From positions 6,401 to 70,400 of IMG/VR virus record IMGVR_UViG_3300046648_000324: a DNA stretch of 64,000 bases; one strand, written 5' to 3'. This DNA comes from a virus. Position numbers and translations under genes: made by a program. Within the stretch, counting starts at the first letter, position 1; the number at the start of each line of letters is the position of its first letter. A model generated the notes under the pieces. It was not told the DNA's origin. It did not search any database and worked only from the letters and a program-made list of their open reading frames with translations. Shown here in pieces: positions 9,007 through 18,565 of this stretch.

Positions 9007-10224
9007 ATGAGCAACCCGACCTTCTACGCCTTCGCCGGCATCCGCACCACGCTCGCCCCCGAACGGCTGGGGCGCGCGGTGCGCCAGGGCGGCGGCATCG
9101 ACCAGCGCACCGACCTGGTCGAGGCCACCAACATCGACCTCGACGACAGCGGCCGCGCCAGCCGCCGCGCCGGCCAGACCCGGGTCGTGGCCGGCGCCAG
9201 CCACTCGCTGTTCGCCGCCGCCGGCACCTGCCTGTTCGTGCAGGACGGCGCGCTCAGGCAGCTGAACCCGGACTACAGCAGCAGCGTGCTGGCGACCGGC
9301 CTGGCCGACGCCCCGCTGCGCTACACCGAGGTCGACGGCAGCATCTACTGGAGCGACGCCAGCCGCAGCGGCGTGGTGGTGGCCGGCGTCGCCCAGTCGT
9401 GGGGCCTGCCGCTGCCGCCGGCCCAGCCGGACGCCGCGCTGGTGGCCGGCGCGCTGGGCGCCGGCAGCTACCAGTACGCGCTGACCTGGCTGACCGCCGA
9501 CGGCCAGGAATCGGGCACCGGGCTGGCCGCGCGCGTGCAGCTGCCCGCCGGCGCCGGGCTGGCCTTCAGCTGGCCGGCGCCGGCCGACCCGCGCATCACC
9601 CAGGCGGCGCTGTACCTGAGCGAGCCGGACGGCGGGGTGCTGTACCAGGCGCTGGTGGTCGACGCCCGGGCCGGCAGCGCCACGTTCCGCGGCGGCGCGC
9701 TGGCGCTGCCGCTGGCGACCCAGTGGCTGGACCCGCCGCCGCCCGGCCAGGACCTGGCCTACCACCGCGGCCGGATCTGGATCGCGGCCGGCGCCCACCT
9801 GTTCGCCACCGCCGCGCTCGGTTACGGCTACTGCGACCTGCGCGACTACCTGGCCCTCGACGGCAGCTTGATCCGCTTCGTGGTCGGGCTCGAGCACGGC
9901 CTGTACGTCGGCACCGAGCGCGCCGTCTACTTCGTCAAGGGCGACAGCTTCGCCGAGATGACGCTGGAGCCGGTGGTGGACGGCTACGGCGTGGCCGGCT
10001 CGGCCATCGTGGTGGACGGCTTCGCCGCCACCGCCAGGCCACAGCTGGCCGGCGTGCACTGCGCGCTGTTCGCCTGCGCGCGCGGGGTGTGCCTGGGCAC
10101 GCCGGATGGCGGCGTCACCAATTTGACTTTAGATCGGTACCAATCTAAGATAGATCTAAATGGGTCTGCCGTGCTTCGCGAGAGTGCAACGCTGACCCAG
10201 TACCTGCTGGCGATGCACGATTGA
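9007..10224 (+). CDS. Tail nozzle / DNA-stabilisation-like virion protein
   Basis: 405 aa, GGAG RBS; beta-propeller-like 'NIDLDDSG...RRAG' and 'GLYVGTERAVYF'. Confidence 0.6.
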   Translation: MSNPTFYAFAGIRTTLAPERLGRAVRQGGGIDQRTDLVEATNIDLDDSGRASRRAGQTRVVAGASHSLFAAAGTCLFVQDGALRQLNPDYSSSVLATGLADAPLRYTEVDGSIYWSDASRSGVVVAGVAQSWGLPLPPAQPDAALVAGALGAGSYQYALTWLTADGQESGTGLAARVQLPAGAGLAFSWPAPADPRITQAALYLSEPDGGVLYQALVVDARAGSATFRGGALALPLATQWLDPPPPGQDLAYHRGRIWIAAGAHLFATAALGYGYCDLRDYLALDGSLIRFVVGLEHGLYVGTERAVYFVKGDSFAEMTLEPVVDGYGVAGSAIVVDGFAATARPQLAGVHCALFACARGVCLGTPDGGVTNLTLDRYQSKIDLNGSAVLRESATLTQYLLAMHD

Positions 10225-10255
10225 GCCCAACATCTAAATTAGATCGGATAGCGAC

Positions 10256-11029
10256 ATGACCCTCAGACTGAGCGCTGGCCTGCGCAACTTCGTCAACCAG
10301 AACGGCAGCATCCGCGATGCGCTGGCCGGTGGCGAGATCCAGATCTACAGCGGCGCCCAGCCGGCCACCGCCGAAACGGCGCCGTCCGGCACGCTGCTGG
10401 CCACGATCACCGCCGCCTCGGCCGCGCGCACCGCCGAGGTGCTGGCCACCGGCACCGTGACCCTGACCGGCGGCGCGGCCGGCTCGGTCAACACCCTGAC
10501 CGTCAACAGCATCTCGATCATCGACAGCGCGGTCCCGTTCAACACCTCGCTGGCGCAGACCGCGACCGACCTGGCGGCGATGATCAACAACAGCGCCTCC
10601 TCGCCCGAGTACACCGCCAGCGCCGCCGGCGCGGTGGTGACGATCAGCGCGCGGCGCGGTTCGGGCGCCGGGCCGAACGGCTTCGCGGTGGCCTCGACCG
10701 TGACCACCCTGACCAAGACCGATGCCAACCTGGCCGGCGGCGTCAGCGCCGCCAGCGGCCTGCTGTTCGGCACCTCGGCCGCCGGGGTGCTGGCCAAGCG
10801 CGCCAGCCAGACCTGGTCCGGGGTGGCGGTGGCCACCGGCACCGCCGGCTGGTTCCGCTTCGTCGGCGCGGTGGCCGACCCCGGCACGCTCGACACCAGC
10901 GAGGCGACGGTGCGCATGGACGGCGCGGTCAGCACCTCCGGCGCCCAGCTCAACATGTCCTCGACCTCGATCACCAGCGGCGCGACCCAGACCATCGCCT
11001 CGTTCCCGATCACGCTGCCGACCTCGTAA
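10256..11029 (+). CDS. Virion structural protein (paralogue of 4255-4659 with an insertion)
   Basis: 'LSAGLRN...IYSGAQPATA...GTLLATIT...GTAGWFRF...RMDG'. Confidence 0.75.
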   Translation: MTLRLSAGLRNFVNQNGSIRDALAGGEIQIYSGAQPATAETAPSGTLLATITAASAARTAEVLATGTVTLTGGAAGSVNTLTVNSISIIDSAVPFNTSLAQTATDLAAMINNSASSPEYTASAAGAVVTISARRGSGAGPNGFAVASTVTTLTKTDANLAGGVSAASGLLFGTSAAGVLAKRASQTWSGVAVATGTAGWFRFVGAVADPGTLDTSEATVRMDGAVSTSGAQLNMSSTSITSGATQTIASFPITLPTS

Positions 11030-11052
11030 GGTCCGGCTAACCGGGGGAAGCC

Positions 11053-12375
11053 ATGGCGATTGACGGCAGCGTCACTCTCGGCGTTGCCGACGGAGCCTAC
11101 CCGGCGCTCGGCGCCGACGGCCTGACCGGCACCGCCAGCAACGCCAGCGTCTCGCTGACCGGCGCGTCGCTGTTCCCGAGCGCCAGCGCGAGCGGCCTGG
11201 CCGGCACCATCGGCGACGGCGACAGCCGCCCTGGCGACCCCGACAACATCCCGCAGGACCTCACCCCGCTGACGCTCGACGGCGTGCTGGCCGGCGAACA
11301 CCTGTTCAGCGGCGTGGCCACGCTGCCGGTCTACCGGCTCGACGACGCCAGTCTCGAGCCGCCACCGCTGCTGCCGACCTACGACCTCAGCGCCGACGGC
11401 GTGTCCGGCACGCTGGGCGTCGGCACCGCCACGCCCCCGCCCTGGGCGCTGGCGGCGGCGCTGCTGGCCGGCGGCGCCGGCGCCGGCGCCGCGCAGCTGC
11501 CGCTGCCCGCGGTCGCGGGCGACACCGGGCCCGGCGCCGACATCACGCTGGCGCCGTTCACGCTCGGCACCGCGCTGCTGGCCGGCACCGTGGCCGGCGC
11601 CAGCGTGCTGCTGGACGCGCCCCAGCTGGCCGCCAGCGCGCTGCAGCACGGCCTGGGCGCCGGCGCCGCCGTGCTGGACCTGCCGACCCTGGTCGCCACC
11701 ACCGGCGCTGCCAGCGCCCGCTACGACGGCGCCGCCCAGCTCGAGCACGCGCTGCTGGCCGCCAGCGGCCTGGCCGGCGCCAGCGCCAGCGGCGCCGCGC
11801 AGCTGGCGGCGTGGCTGGCGGCCGGCGTCGCGCTGGCCAGCAACAGCGGCGCCGGCAGCATCCACCTGGCCCCGCCCGCGGTCGACGGCGCCCAGGCCGC
11901 GCGCGCCCAGGCCGCGCTGTACCGGATGCTGGCGATCAACACCCGCACCAACGCCGTCACCGAATACAGCAACATGGCGTTCAACAGCTTCGCCACCTTC
12001 AACGGCGTGGTGCTGGGGGCCTCGGCCGACGGCATCATGGCGCTGCAGGGCGACACCGACAGCGGCGCCCCGATCGCGGCCAGCATGACCAGCGGCCAGC
12101 TCGACTTCGACAGCGCCCAGCACAAGCGCGTCAGCGCCGGCTATGTCGGCTACCGCGCCGACGGCGTCCTGACCCTGGCCCTGGCGGTCGACGGCGTGCC
12201 CGCCACCAGCAACACGCTGGCGCCGCGCGCGGCCGGCCTGCACCCGAGCCGCACGCCGTTCGGGCGCGGCGCGCGCGGGCGCTACTGGCAGTGGCAGCTG
12301 GCCAACAGCGGCGGCGCCGGGTTCACCCTCGACGCGCTCGCGTTCGACGTCGACGTGCTGGCGCGGCGGGTCTGA
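11053..12375 (+). CDS. Tail-associated virion protein
   Basis: 440 aa; C-terminal 'INTRTNAVTEYSNMAFNSF...GRYWQWQLAN' domain. Confidence 0.7.
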   Translation: MAIDGSVTLGVADGAYPALGADGLTGTASNASVSLTGASLFPSASASGLAGTIGDGDSRPGDPDNIPQDLTPLTLDGVLAGEHLFSGVATLPVYRLDDASLEPPPLLPTYDLSADGVSGTLGVGTATPPPWALAAALLAGGAGAGAAQLPLPAVAGDTGPGADITLAPFTLGTALLAGTVAGASVLLDAPQLAASALQHGLGAGAAVLDLPTLVATTGAASARYDGAAQLEHALLAASGLAGASASGAAQLAAWLAAGVALASNSGAGSIHLAPPAVDGAQAARAQAALYRMLAINTRTNAVTEYSNMAFNSFATFNGVVLGASADGIMALQGDTDSGAPIAASMTSGQLDFDSAQHKRVSAGYVGYRADGVLTLALAVDGVPATSNTLAPRAAGLHPSRTPFGRGARGRYWQWQLANSGGAGFTLDALAFDVDVLARRV

Positions 12376-13730
12376 TGGCGCGCCCCGAACTGGTGTTCAA
12401 CGAGCCGGTCGCCACCGGCGCGGTGCGCGTCGAGCTGTACGGCGACGCCGCCCGCGCCGGCCACCACCTGAACACCGCGCGCGGCGTGCTGGGCATGCTG
12501 CGCTGCATGTATGGCGTCAACGAGCGCATCGCCGCCGGCGAGCCGGGCGGGTTCTATGTGCACCGGGTGCTGCTGGCCGATGGCACCCAGATCGAGGCGC
12601 TGACCAACAACGGCCTGGACATCGTGCGGATCCACGCCGCGCCGCCGCCCGCGCCGGCCCGGCGCCGCGCCCCCGCACCGCCGCGCCGCCAGGTCATCCG
12701 GCGCGCGCTGGCCTGCGGCTCGCTGTCGGTGCGCGACGCGTTTCTCTGGCGCGAGGGTGACGAGCGCGGGGTCCTCCCCCTGCCAGCCCCGGACGGCGGT
12801 TTCGGCGAACTGCAATCCAACCATCCGACCGGCGTGTCGGCCAACGGCGAGGTCAGCGGCTTTTGCCTGTACACCACCGCGACGACTTCCACCGGTTTGC
12901 CGTACCGCTGGAGCGAAGCGCGCGGTTACCTGATGCTGGACCCCGGCGCCGACCAGGCGGCACAGGCCTACGCGATCGCCGCCGACGGCACCGCCGTGGT
13001 CGGCGCCGCCGACGCCCAGCCCTGCTACTGGACGGCGGCCGGCGCGCTGGTCCCGCTGGCGGCGGCGGCGGTCGTGGGCGAAGCCCGCGCCGTCTCGGCG
13101 AACGGCGCGCGGATCGGCGGCCAGGCGCACACCGGCGGCGACGACAGCGGGGCGCGCACCTACCACCTGCTGCTGTGGACGGGCGGAGAGCTGACCGAGC
13201 TCGCCAGCGTGACCAACCAGACCGGCTGGATATCGTTCGGCTACGTCGCCATGCACATGGCGGCCGACGGCTCGACGCTGGCGTGGACCGAGATGGTGTC
13301 CGGCAGCTGGCAAGCGGCCTGCTGGACCGAGCACAACGGCATCACCACGATCGGCGCCGCCGGCGAGTTCCTGACCGTGGTCGGGGTGTCGGCCACCGGC
13401 ACCGTGGTCTACGTGTACGACGAAGCCGCCAGGGTCGGTCGGCGCTGGGACATGGCGCAGCAGCGCTTCCGCGACGACGACGCGCCGGCTGGCGCCACCG
13501 ATGGTGCCGGCGGCCGGGCGCTGGGGATGCTGGCGGGCGAGCCGCAACAGCGCGCGCCGGGGGCCGAGGAGGACGCCCCCCTCGAACTGTTTTCTACCCA
13601 GAACACCGCGAACCTGACCCTGGTGCGCGGCGGCACGACCACGGTCCAGGCGCTGGGCGGCGCGGGTGTGAGCATCACCGGGATCGCCATCGCCACCCCC
13701 ATTGTCGACATCACCGAAAGCCTACCATGA
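12375..13730 (+). CDS. Tail protein with HAF-like extracellular repeats (candidate receptor-binding protein)
   Basis: TGATG coupling; repeats 'GVSANGEVSG', 'AIAADGTAVVG', 'AVSANGARIGG', 'MAADGSTLA', 'GVSATGTVV'. Confidence 0.6.
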   Translation: MARPELVFNEPVATGAVRVELYGDAARAGHHLNTARGVLGMLRCMYGVNERIAAGEPGGFYVHRVLLADGTQIEALTNNGLDIVRIHAAPPPAPARRRAPAPPRRQVIRRALACGSLSVRDAFLWREGDERGVLPLPAPDGGFGELQSNHPTGVSANGEVSGFCLYTTATTSTGLPYRWSEARGYLMLDPGADQAAQAYAIAADGTAVVGAADAQPCYWTAAGALVPLAAAAVVGEARAVSANGARIGGQAHTGGDDSGARTYHLLLWTGGELTELASVTNQTGWISFGYVAMHMAADGSTLAWTEMVSGSWQAACWTEHNGITTIGAAGEFLTVVGVSATGTVVYVYDEAARVGRRWDMAQQRFRDDDAPAGATDGAGGRALGMLAGEPQQRAPGAEEDAPLELFSTQNTANLTLVRGGTTTVQALGGAGVSITGIAIATPIVDITESLP

Positions 13731-15670
13731 GCTTCCAAACCGCCGCCGCGCTGGGCTCGCCCCTCGTCTCGTCCAACCAGGACCGCGCCGGCCCGCTGGT
13801 CACCTCCGTCATGGCCCAGGCCGGCGCGCTGGCGCAGCAGGCCCAGACCACGGCGCTGAGCGCGATCGGCGCGCTCGGCGCGTTCAACATGACGCTGACG
13901 CCGCTCGCCGCGCCGGCCGCGCCGACCCCGCAGGTGGCGGTGCCGCCGCTGGGCGCCGCGCCGGCCGACCTCGACTTCGCCGACCGCTTCCCGAGCGCGC
14001 CGGCATCGCCGCTGCTGGTGCCGGTCGGCAGCTTCGCGCTGGACGCGCCGCCCGAGTACGACGTGGCGCGGCCGCTGCTGGTCGACATCCCGCTGCCGGA
14101 CCCGCTGGACGTGCTGGTGCCGGCGGCGCCGGTGCTGGGCGCGATCGCCATCCCGGTCGAGCCCAGCTTCATGCTGCCGCTGGTGCCGACGCTGCTCGCG
14201 CTGAACCTGCCGGACGCGCCGACGCTCGAGCTGCCCGCCTTCACCGACCAGCTGGGCGCGGCGCCGGACGCGCCGGCGGCCAGCTTCAGCTACGCCGAGC
14301 TGGCCTACGACTCGGCGCTGCTGGGCCAGCTCAACGGCCGGCTGGCCGCGCTGGTGGGCGGCGCCAGCACCGGGCTCGCCCCGGCGGTCGAGCAGGCCCT
14401 GTGGCAGCGCGGGCGCGAGCGCGAGGACCTGCTGGCGCAGGGCGCGGTGGCCGAGGCGACCCGGATGTTCGCCGCGCGCGGCTTCTCGATGCCGTCCGGC
14501 ACCCTGGCGCGGCTGGTCCAGCAGGCCTTGCAGGACGCGGCCGGGCGCGACGCCGCGCTGTCGCGCGAGATCATGATCAAGCAGGCCGACCTGGAGCAGT
14601 CGAATTTCCAGTTCGCCTTCAATGCCGCGATGGCGCTCGAGACCCAGCTGATTGGCCACTTCGACGCGGTCCAGAGCCGCGCGCTGGAGGCGGCCAAGTT
14701 CACGTTCGAGGCGGTGCTGCAGCTGTTCCAGGCCCGGGTCGCGCTGTACCAGGCCGACGCCCAGGCGTTCGCCGCCAAGGCCGAGGTGTACAAGACCCGG
14801 CTGCAGGGGGCGCTGGCGCGGCTCGAGGTCTACAAGGCCGAGCTGGAAGGGCAGCAGCTGGTCGGCACGCTGAACCTGCAGCTGGTGCAGCAGTACACCG
14901 CCCAGCTGGAGGGGGTCAAGACCACCGCCGAGGTGTACCGGACCCGGGTCGAGGCGGCCCAGGCCCAAGTCGAGGCCCAGAAGCAGCAGGTCGGCATCTT
15001 CGTCGCCCAGCTGCAGGGCTACGACAGCCAGGTCAAGGCCAAGGCCACCGAATACGAGGGCTACGCGACCCGCGTGCACGCCGAGCTGACCAAGGTGCAG
15101 GCCTTCGGCGAGCAGGTCAGCGCCTACAAGAGCCGGACCGAGGCCTACGGCACCCTGGTCAACGCCAAGCTGGGCGCCCAGGCGATGGACTTCAAGCAGC
15201 TGCAGGAGTTCCCGCTCGAGATGTACCGGCAGCGGGTGACCGCCTACCAGGTCGCCGTCTCGGCCGAGGCCGAGCGGCTGCGCGCCGAGGTCGGCGCGTT
15301 CGAGGGCCGGGTGCGCGCGTTCGCCTCGACCGAGACGGCCAAGGCGGCCCAGGTCGGGGCCCAGGTCGACGTCGCCCGGCTGCAGACCCAAGTCTACACC
15401 AGCAGCGCCCAGCTGCAGCTGCAGGCCGGCGAATCGAACCTGAAGCTGGCGGTGTCGTCGGCCGAGACGGCGCAGGCCTCGCTGCGCGCCGCCGCCCAGG
15501 TGGCGGGCCAGCTGGCCGCCGCCGCGCTGGCCGCGCGCAACGTGCACGCCTCGATCCAGACCACCGATTCGATCAGCACCTCGAACAGCGCGTCGATCAG
15601 CAACACCAACATCGCGTCGAACTCGGGCAGCAGCAGCGAGAGCGAGATCACCAGCAAGAGCGGCTCGTAA
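13727..15670 (+). CDS. Pro-rich / coiled-coil virion (internal or ejection) protein
   Basis: ATGA overlap; 647 aa; Pro-rich N-half, 'ARGFSMPSG' motif, long Y/F heptad coiled coil. Confidence 0.75.
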   Translation: MSFQTAAALGSPLVSSNQDRAGPLVTSVMAQAGALAQQAQTTALSAIGALGAFNMTLTPLAAPAAPTPQVAVPPLGAAPADLDFADRFPSAPASPLLVPVGSFALDAPPEYDVARPLLVDIPLPDPLDVLVPAAPVLGAIAIPVEPSFMLPLVPTLLALNLPDAPTLELPAFTDQLGAAPDAPAASFSYAELAYDSALLGQLNGRLAALVGGASTGLAPAVEQALWQRGREREDLLAQGAVAEATRMFAARGFSMPSGTLARLVQQALQDAAGRDAALSREIMIKQADLEQSNFQFAFNAAMALETQLIGHFDAVQSRALEAAKFTFEAVLQLFQARVALYQADAQAFAAKAEVYKTRLQGALARLEVYKAELEGQQLVGTLNLQLVQQYTAQLEGVKTTAEVYRTRVEAAQAQVEAQKQQVGIFVAQLQGYDSQVKAKATEYEGYATRVHAELTKVQAFGEQVSAYKSRTEAYGTLVNAKLGAQAMDFKQLQEFPLEMYRQRVTAYQVAVSAEAERLRAEVGAFEGRVRAFASTETAKAAQVGAQVDVARLQTQVYTSSAQLQLQAGESNLKLAVSSAETAQASLRAAAQVAGQLAAAALAARNVHASIQTTDSISTSNSASISNTNIASNSGSSSESEITSKSGS

Positions 15671-15688
15671 AACTTAAAGGAACACGAC

Positions 15689-18565
15689 ATGGCAGACATC
15701 AACCTGCGCGCGGCAGCCAAGAGCATCCGGGACCGGTTCAGCCGCACCCCGCCGGCGGCGGCCGCCCCCGTCGAGCCCGCTCCAGCCCCGGCGCCGGCGC
15801 CCGCCCCAGCGGCGACCCCGGCGGCGTCCGGGCCGATCGCGCGCCCGCCCGGCCTGCGCCCGCCCAACCCGAACGCATTCGAGCTGCCGGCCGAGCCCGC
15901 CGGCCCGGCCGGCCAGGGCACCTTGCGCCCGAACGGCGGCTTCGGCAAGCCGCCCGCGCCCAATGTCTGGAGCCCGCGTCCGGCCAGCCCGACCGTTACC
16001 GCGGCGCCGGAGGTGTGGAGCCCGCGCCCGGCGGCCCCGGCGGGCAACGTGTGGCGCTACCCGAACGCCCCTGACACGCCGTTCCCGGCGCAGCAGCGCC
16101 TGCCCGCCCCGGCCGCGCCGGCAGCAGCTGCCCCGCCGTTCGAGGCCGCGCCCGAGTCGCCGATCAAGGTCGGCCAGATGTCGCCCCAGGCCGAGGCCCA
16201 CTACGCCAGCCTGCGCGCCGCCCCCGGCGCACCGGGCGCCGGGCTGCAGCCGGGCGACTGGGTCAAGCCGGGCAGCCCGTTGCCCAAGGCCCCGCCCGCC
16301 CCACCCGGCGCGCTGAGCCGGGTGGGCTCGGCCGTCGCCAACTCCAAACTGGTCAGGTACGGCCTGAAGCCGGCCGCCGCGATCTCGGGCGCGGTCGAGA
16401 CCGTGCAGGGCCTGCGCGCCGGCGACGCCGGCCAGACCGCGTGGGGCGTGGCCGACACCGCCGCCGGGCTCGGCCTGTATGCGCCTTCGGCGCCGGTGAA
16501 GGCGGCCGCCGGCACCTACCTGGGCATCCGCGCCGGCTACGGTGCCGGCCAGGCGCTGCCCGAGGGCGTGCGCGACGGCATCGGCTCGGCCGTCAACCAG
16601 GGCGTGCGCGGGCTGGGCCACCTGTTCGGCCAGGACTGGGGCGTGTCGGAGAAGGATGCGGCCACGTTCGCCGCCAACCGGGCGCTGCCGGATGCGCCCA
16701 AGCCTCCGGTAAGTACCGCCGTACCGGCGCCGGCCAGTACCGCCGTACCGGCGGAGCCGGTGCGCGGCGTGCCGGGGGCCGACGACGGCAGCCTCGCGCC
16801 GCAGGAAGCGGCCCCGAGCTATGCCGCACCGGCGCCACAGGAGGAAGCGGCGCCAGCGGCGCCCGCGCCGCAGAGCGACGCCGACCGCGACCTGCTGCGC
16901 CGGGTCAGCGTGGTCGATGCCACCGGCCACCCGCAGGGCACCACGTTCGAGCAGGACGGCAAGCAGTACGCGGTGCAGCCGTACGGCACCGATGCCACCG
17001 GCCAGACCCCGCTGCGCGGGCTGTCGATCGACGGCCGCGCCGGCTTCGGCGTCGCGCCGAACCAGACCATCAGCCAGTACGACGCCGCCCAGGCGCGTGC
17101 CAATGCGCCTGGCGCGCCCGCCAGCGCCGGGCTGCGCGCCCAGGACACGGCCCCGGCCGCGCAGGCAGCCGCCGCCCCGGCCAACCCGGCCGTCGCCGGC
17201 TTCGCCCAGCAATACGGTGCCGCCGCCGAGCGCGCCGGCCGGGCGCTGGGGGTCGAACCGCAGCTGCTGCTGGCTCAGTGGGGCAACGAGACCGGCTGGG
17301 GCAAGAGTGTGATCCCCGGCACCAACAACCTGGGCAACATCAAGGATGTCAGCGGCCGCGGCGCGCGCGCCACCGACAACGCCACCGGTTCGCGGGACGC
17401 CTACCTGCAGTTTGCCTCGCCCGACGCGTTCGCCGACCACTATGTCGGGATGATCCAGCGCAAGTACCCGGGCGTGGTCGGCGCCGGTACCGACGCCGCC
17501 AAGTTCACCGCCGGGCTCAAAGGCTACGCCGAAGACCCGCAGTACGCCCAGAAGGTGCAGGCCGCCCGCGCGATGCTGGGGGGCGCCGGCCAGCAGCCGG
17601 CGGGTCTGCCGTCCGCGCCTGGCCAGCCACTCCCGCCAAGCCTGCGCGCGCCGGGTCTGCCGTCCGCGCCCGGCCAGCCACTCCCGCCAAGCCTGCGCCC
17701 ACCGCAGCAAGGGCAAGCGGGCAGCGCCCCGGGCGTGGTCCACATGATCGAGGGCACCACCCAGTCGGTGGCGGTGCAGCAGCCCGACGGCAGTTTCGCC
17801 AAGGTGCCGCTGGCCACCTACCAGGCCGGGCTGGCTGCCGGCGCCCCCGATGGCGGCGCCAAGAAATTCCTGGCCAACCAGGCCGAGGGCATCGCCGACA
17901 CGGTCGACCCGAAGCGCGTCGAACGCCAGAAGGCCGCGGCCGAGATGGAGCTGGCCCGCGCCACGCGCGAAGCCGCCATCGCCAACACGAACCGCGACAA
18001 CGTCCGCGCCGACCTGGCCCAGCGCGAGGCGTCCGACAAGCACCTGCACGAGTTCCTGTCGGGCCTGCTGGTCAAGCAAGACGACAAGGGCGCCACCATT
18101 CCCGACCTCGACCGGGTGGCCGAGGCCGGCCGCCTGATGCACAACGAGGTGGGCGAGAAGATCCGCCAGCTGCAGCAGGATTTCCCGCAAGGCCACCCGA
18201 AGCGCGCCGCCGCGCTCAGGATGATCGACGAGCTCGAGACCAAGGGAGTGGGCGCCTTCACCGACGCCGACCGCCAGGTGATGGCGTCGCAGTACCAGAT
18301 CATGGACCGCGTGCGCGAGAACCACGGGCCGTGGACGCCGGGCGGCTCCGAGTTCGTGCAGGGCCCGCTGTCGGGCTACGCGATCGACGACGACGCCACC
18401 AAGGCGCATGGCGGCAAACTGATTGGCAGCGACATGGCGGTGCTCAAGAACGGCGCCCGGATCCGCAAAAACGACCTGCGCTACGACAAGACCAGCAACC
18501 GCTTCTTCGTCGACGTCGGCAAGGCGCCGACGCGCAACTTTGACGCTGGCCTGAGGGGGTACTGA
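15689..18565 (+). CDS. Internal virion/ejection protein with a GH73 (FlgJ-like) peptidoglycan hydrolase domain
   Basis: AAGGA RBS; 'LLLAQWGNETGWGKS...NNLGNIK...YAEDPQYAQK' at about 17200-17580. Confidence 0.8.
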   Translation: MADINLRAAAKSIRDRFSRTPPAAAAPVEPAPAPAPAPAPAATPAASGPIARPPGLRPPNPNAFELPAEPAGPAGQGTLRPNGGFGKPPAPNVWSPRPASPTVTAAPEVWSPRPAAPAGNVWRYPNAPDTPFPAQQRLPAPAAPAAAAPPFEAAPESPIKVGQMSPQAEAHYASLRAAPGAPGAGLQPGDWVKPGSPLPKAPPAPPGALSRVGSAVANSKLVRYGLKPAAAISGAVETVQGLRAGDAGQTAWGVADTAAGLGLYAPSAPVKAAAGTYLGIRAGYGAGQALPEGVRDGIGSAVNQGVRGLGHLFGQDWGVSEKDAATFAANRALPDAPKPPVSTAVPAPASTAVPAEPVRGVPGADDGSLAPQEAAPSYAAPAPQEEAAPAAPAPQSDADRDLLRRVSVVDATGHPQGTTFEQDGKQYAVQPYGTDATGQTPLRGLSIDGRAGFGVAPNQTISQYDAAQARANAPGAPASAGLRAQDTAPAAQAAAAPANPAVAGFAQQYGAAAERAGRALGVEPQLLLAQWGNETGWGKSVIPGTNNLGNIKDVSGRGARATDNATGSRDAYLQFASPDAFADHYVGMIQRKYPGVVGAGTDAAKFTAGLKGYAEDPQYAQKVQAARAMLGGAGQQPAGLPSAPGQPLPPSLRAPGLPSAPGQPLPPSLRPPQQGQAGSAPGVVHMIEGTTQSVAVQQPDGSFAKVPLATYQAGLAAGAPDGGAKKFLANQAEGIADTVDPKRVERQKAAAEMELARATREAAIANTNRDNVRADLAQREASDKHLHEFLSGLLVKQDDKGATIPDLDRVAEAGRLMHNEVGEKIRQLQQDFPQGHPKRAAALRMIDELETKGVGAFTDADRQVMASQYQIMDRVRENHGPWTPGGSEFVQGPLSGYAIDDDATKAHGGKLIGSDMAVLKNGARIRKNDLRYDKTSNRFFVDVGKAPTRNFDAGLRGY
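17601..17699 (+). repeat. 51-bp in-frame tandem repeat (GLPSAPGQPLPPSLR x2)
   Basis: CGGGTCTGCCGTCCGCGCCYGGCCAGCCACTCCCGCCAAGCCTGCGC at 17601 and 17652. Confidence 0.85.

Noticed and set aside
4665-13730. Diversity-generating retroelement acting on tail fibres
   Set aside because: No reverse transcriptase and no TR/VR pair differing at adenines was seen
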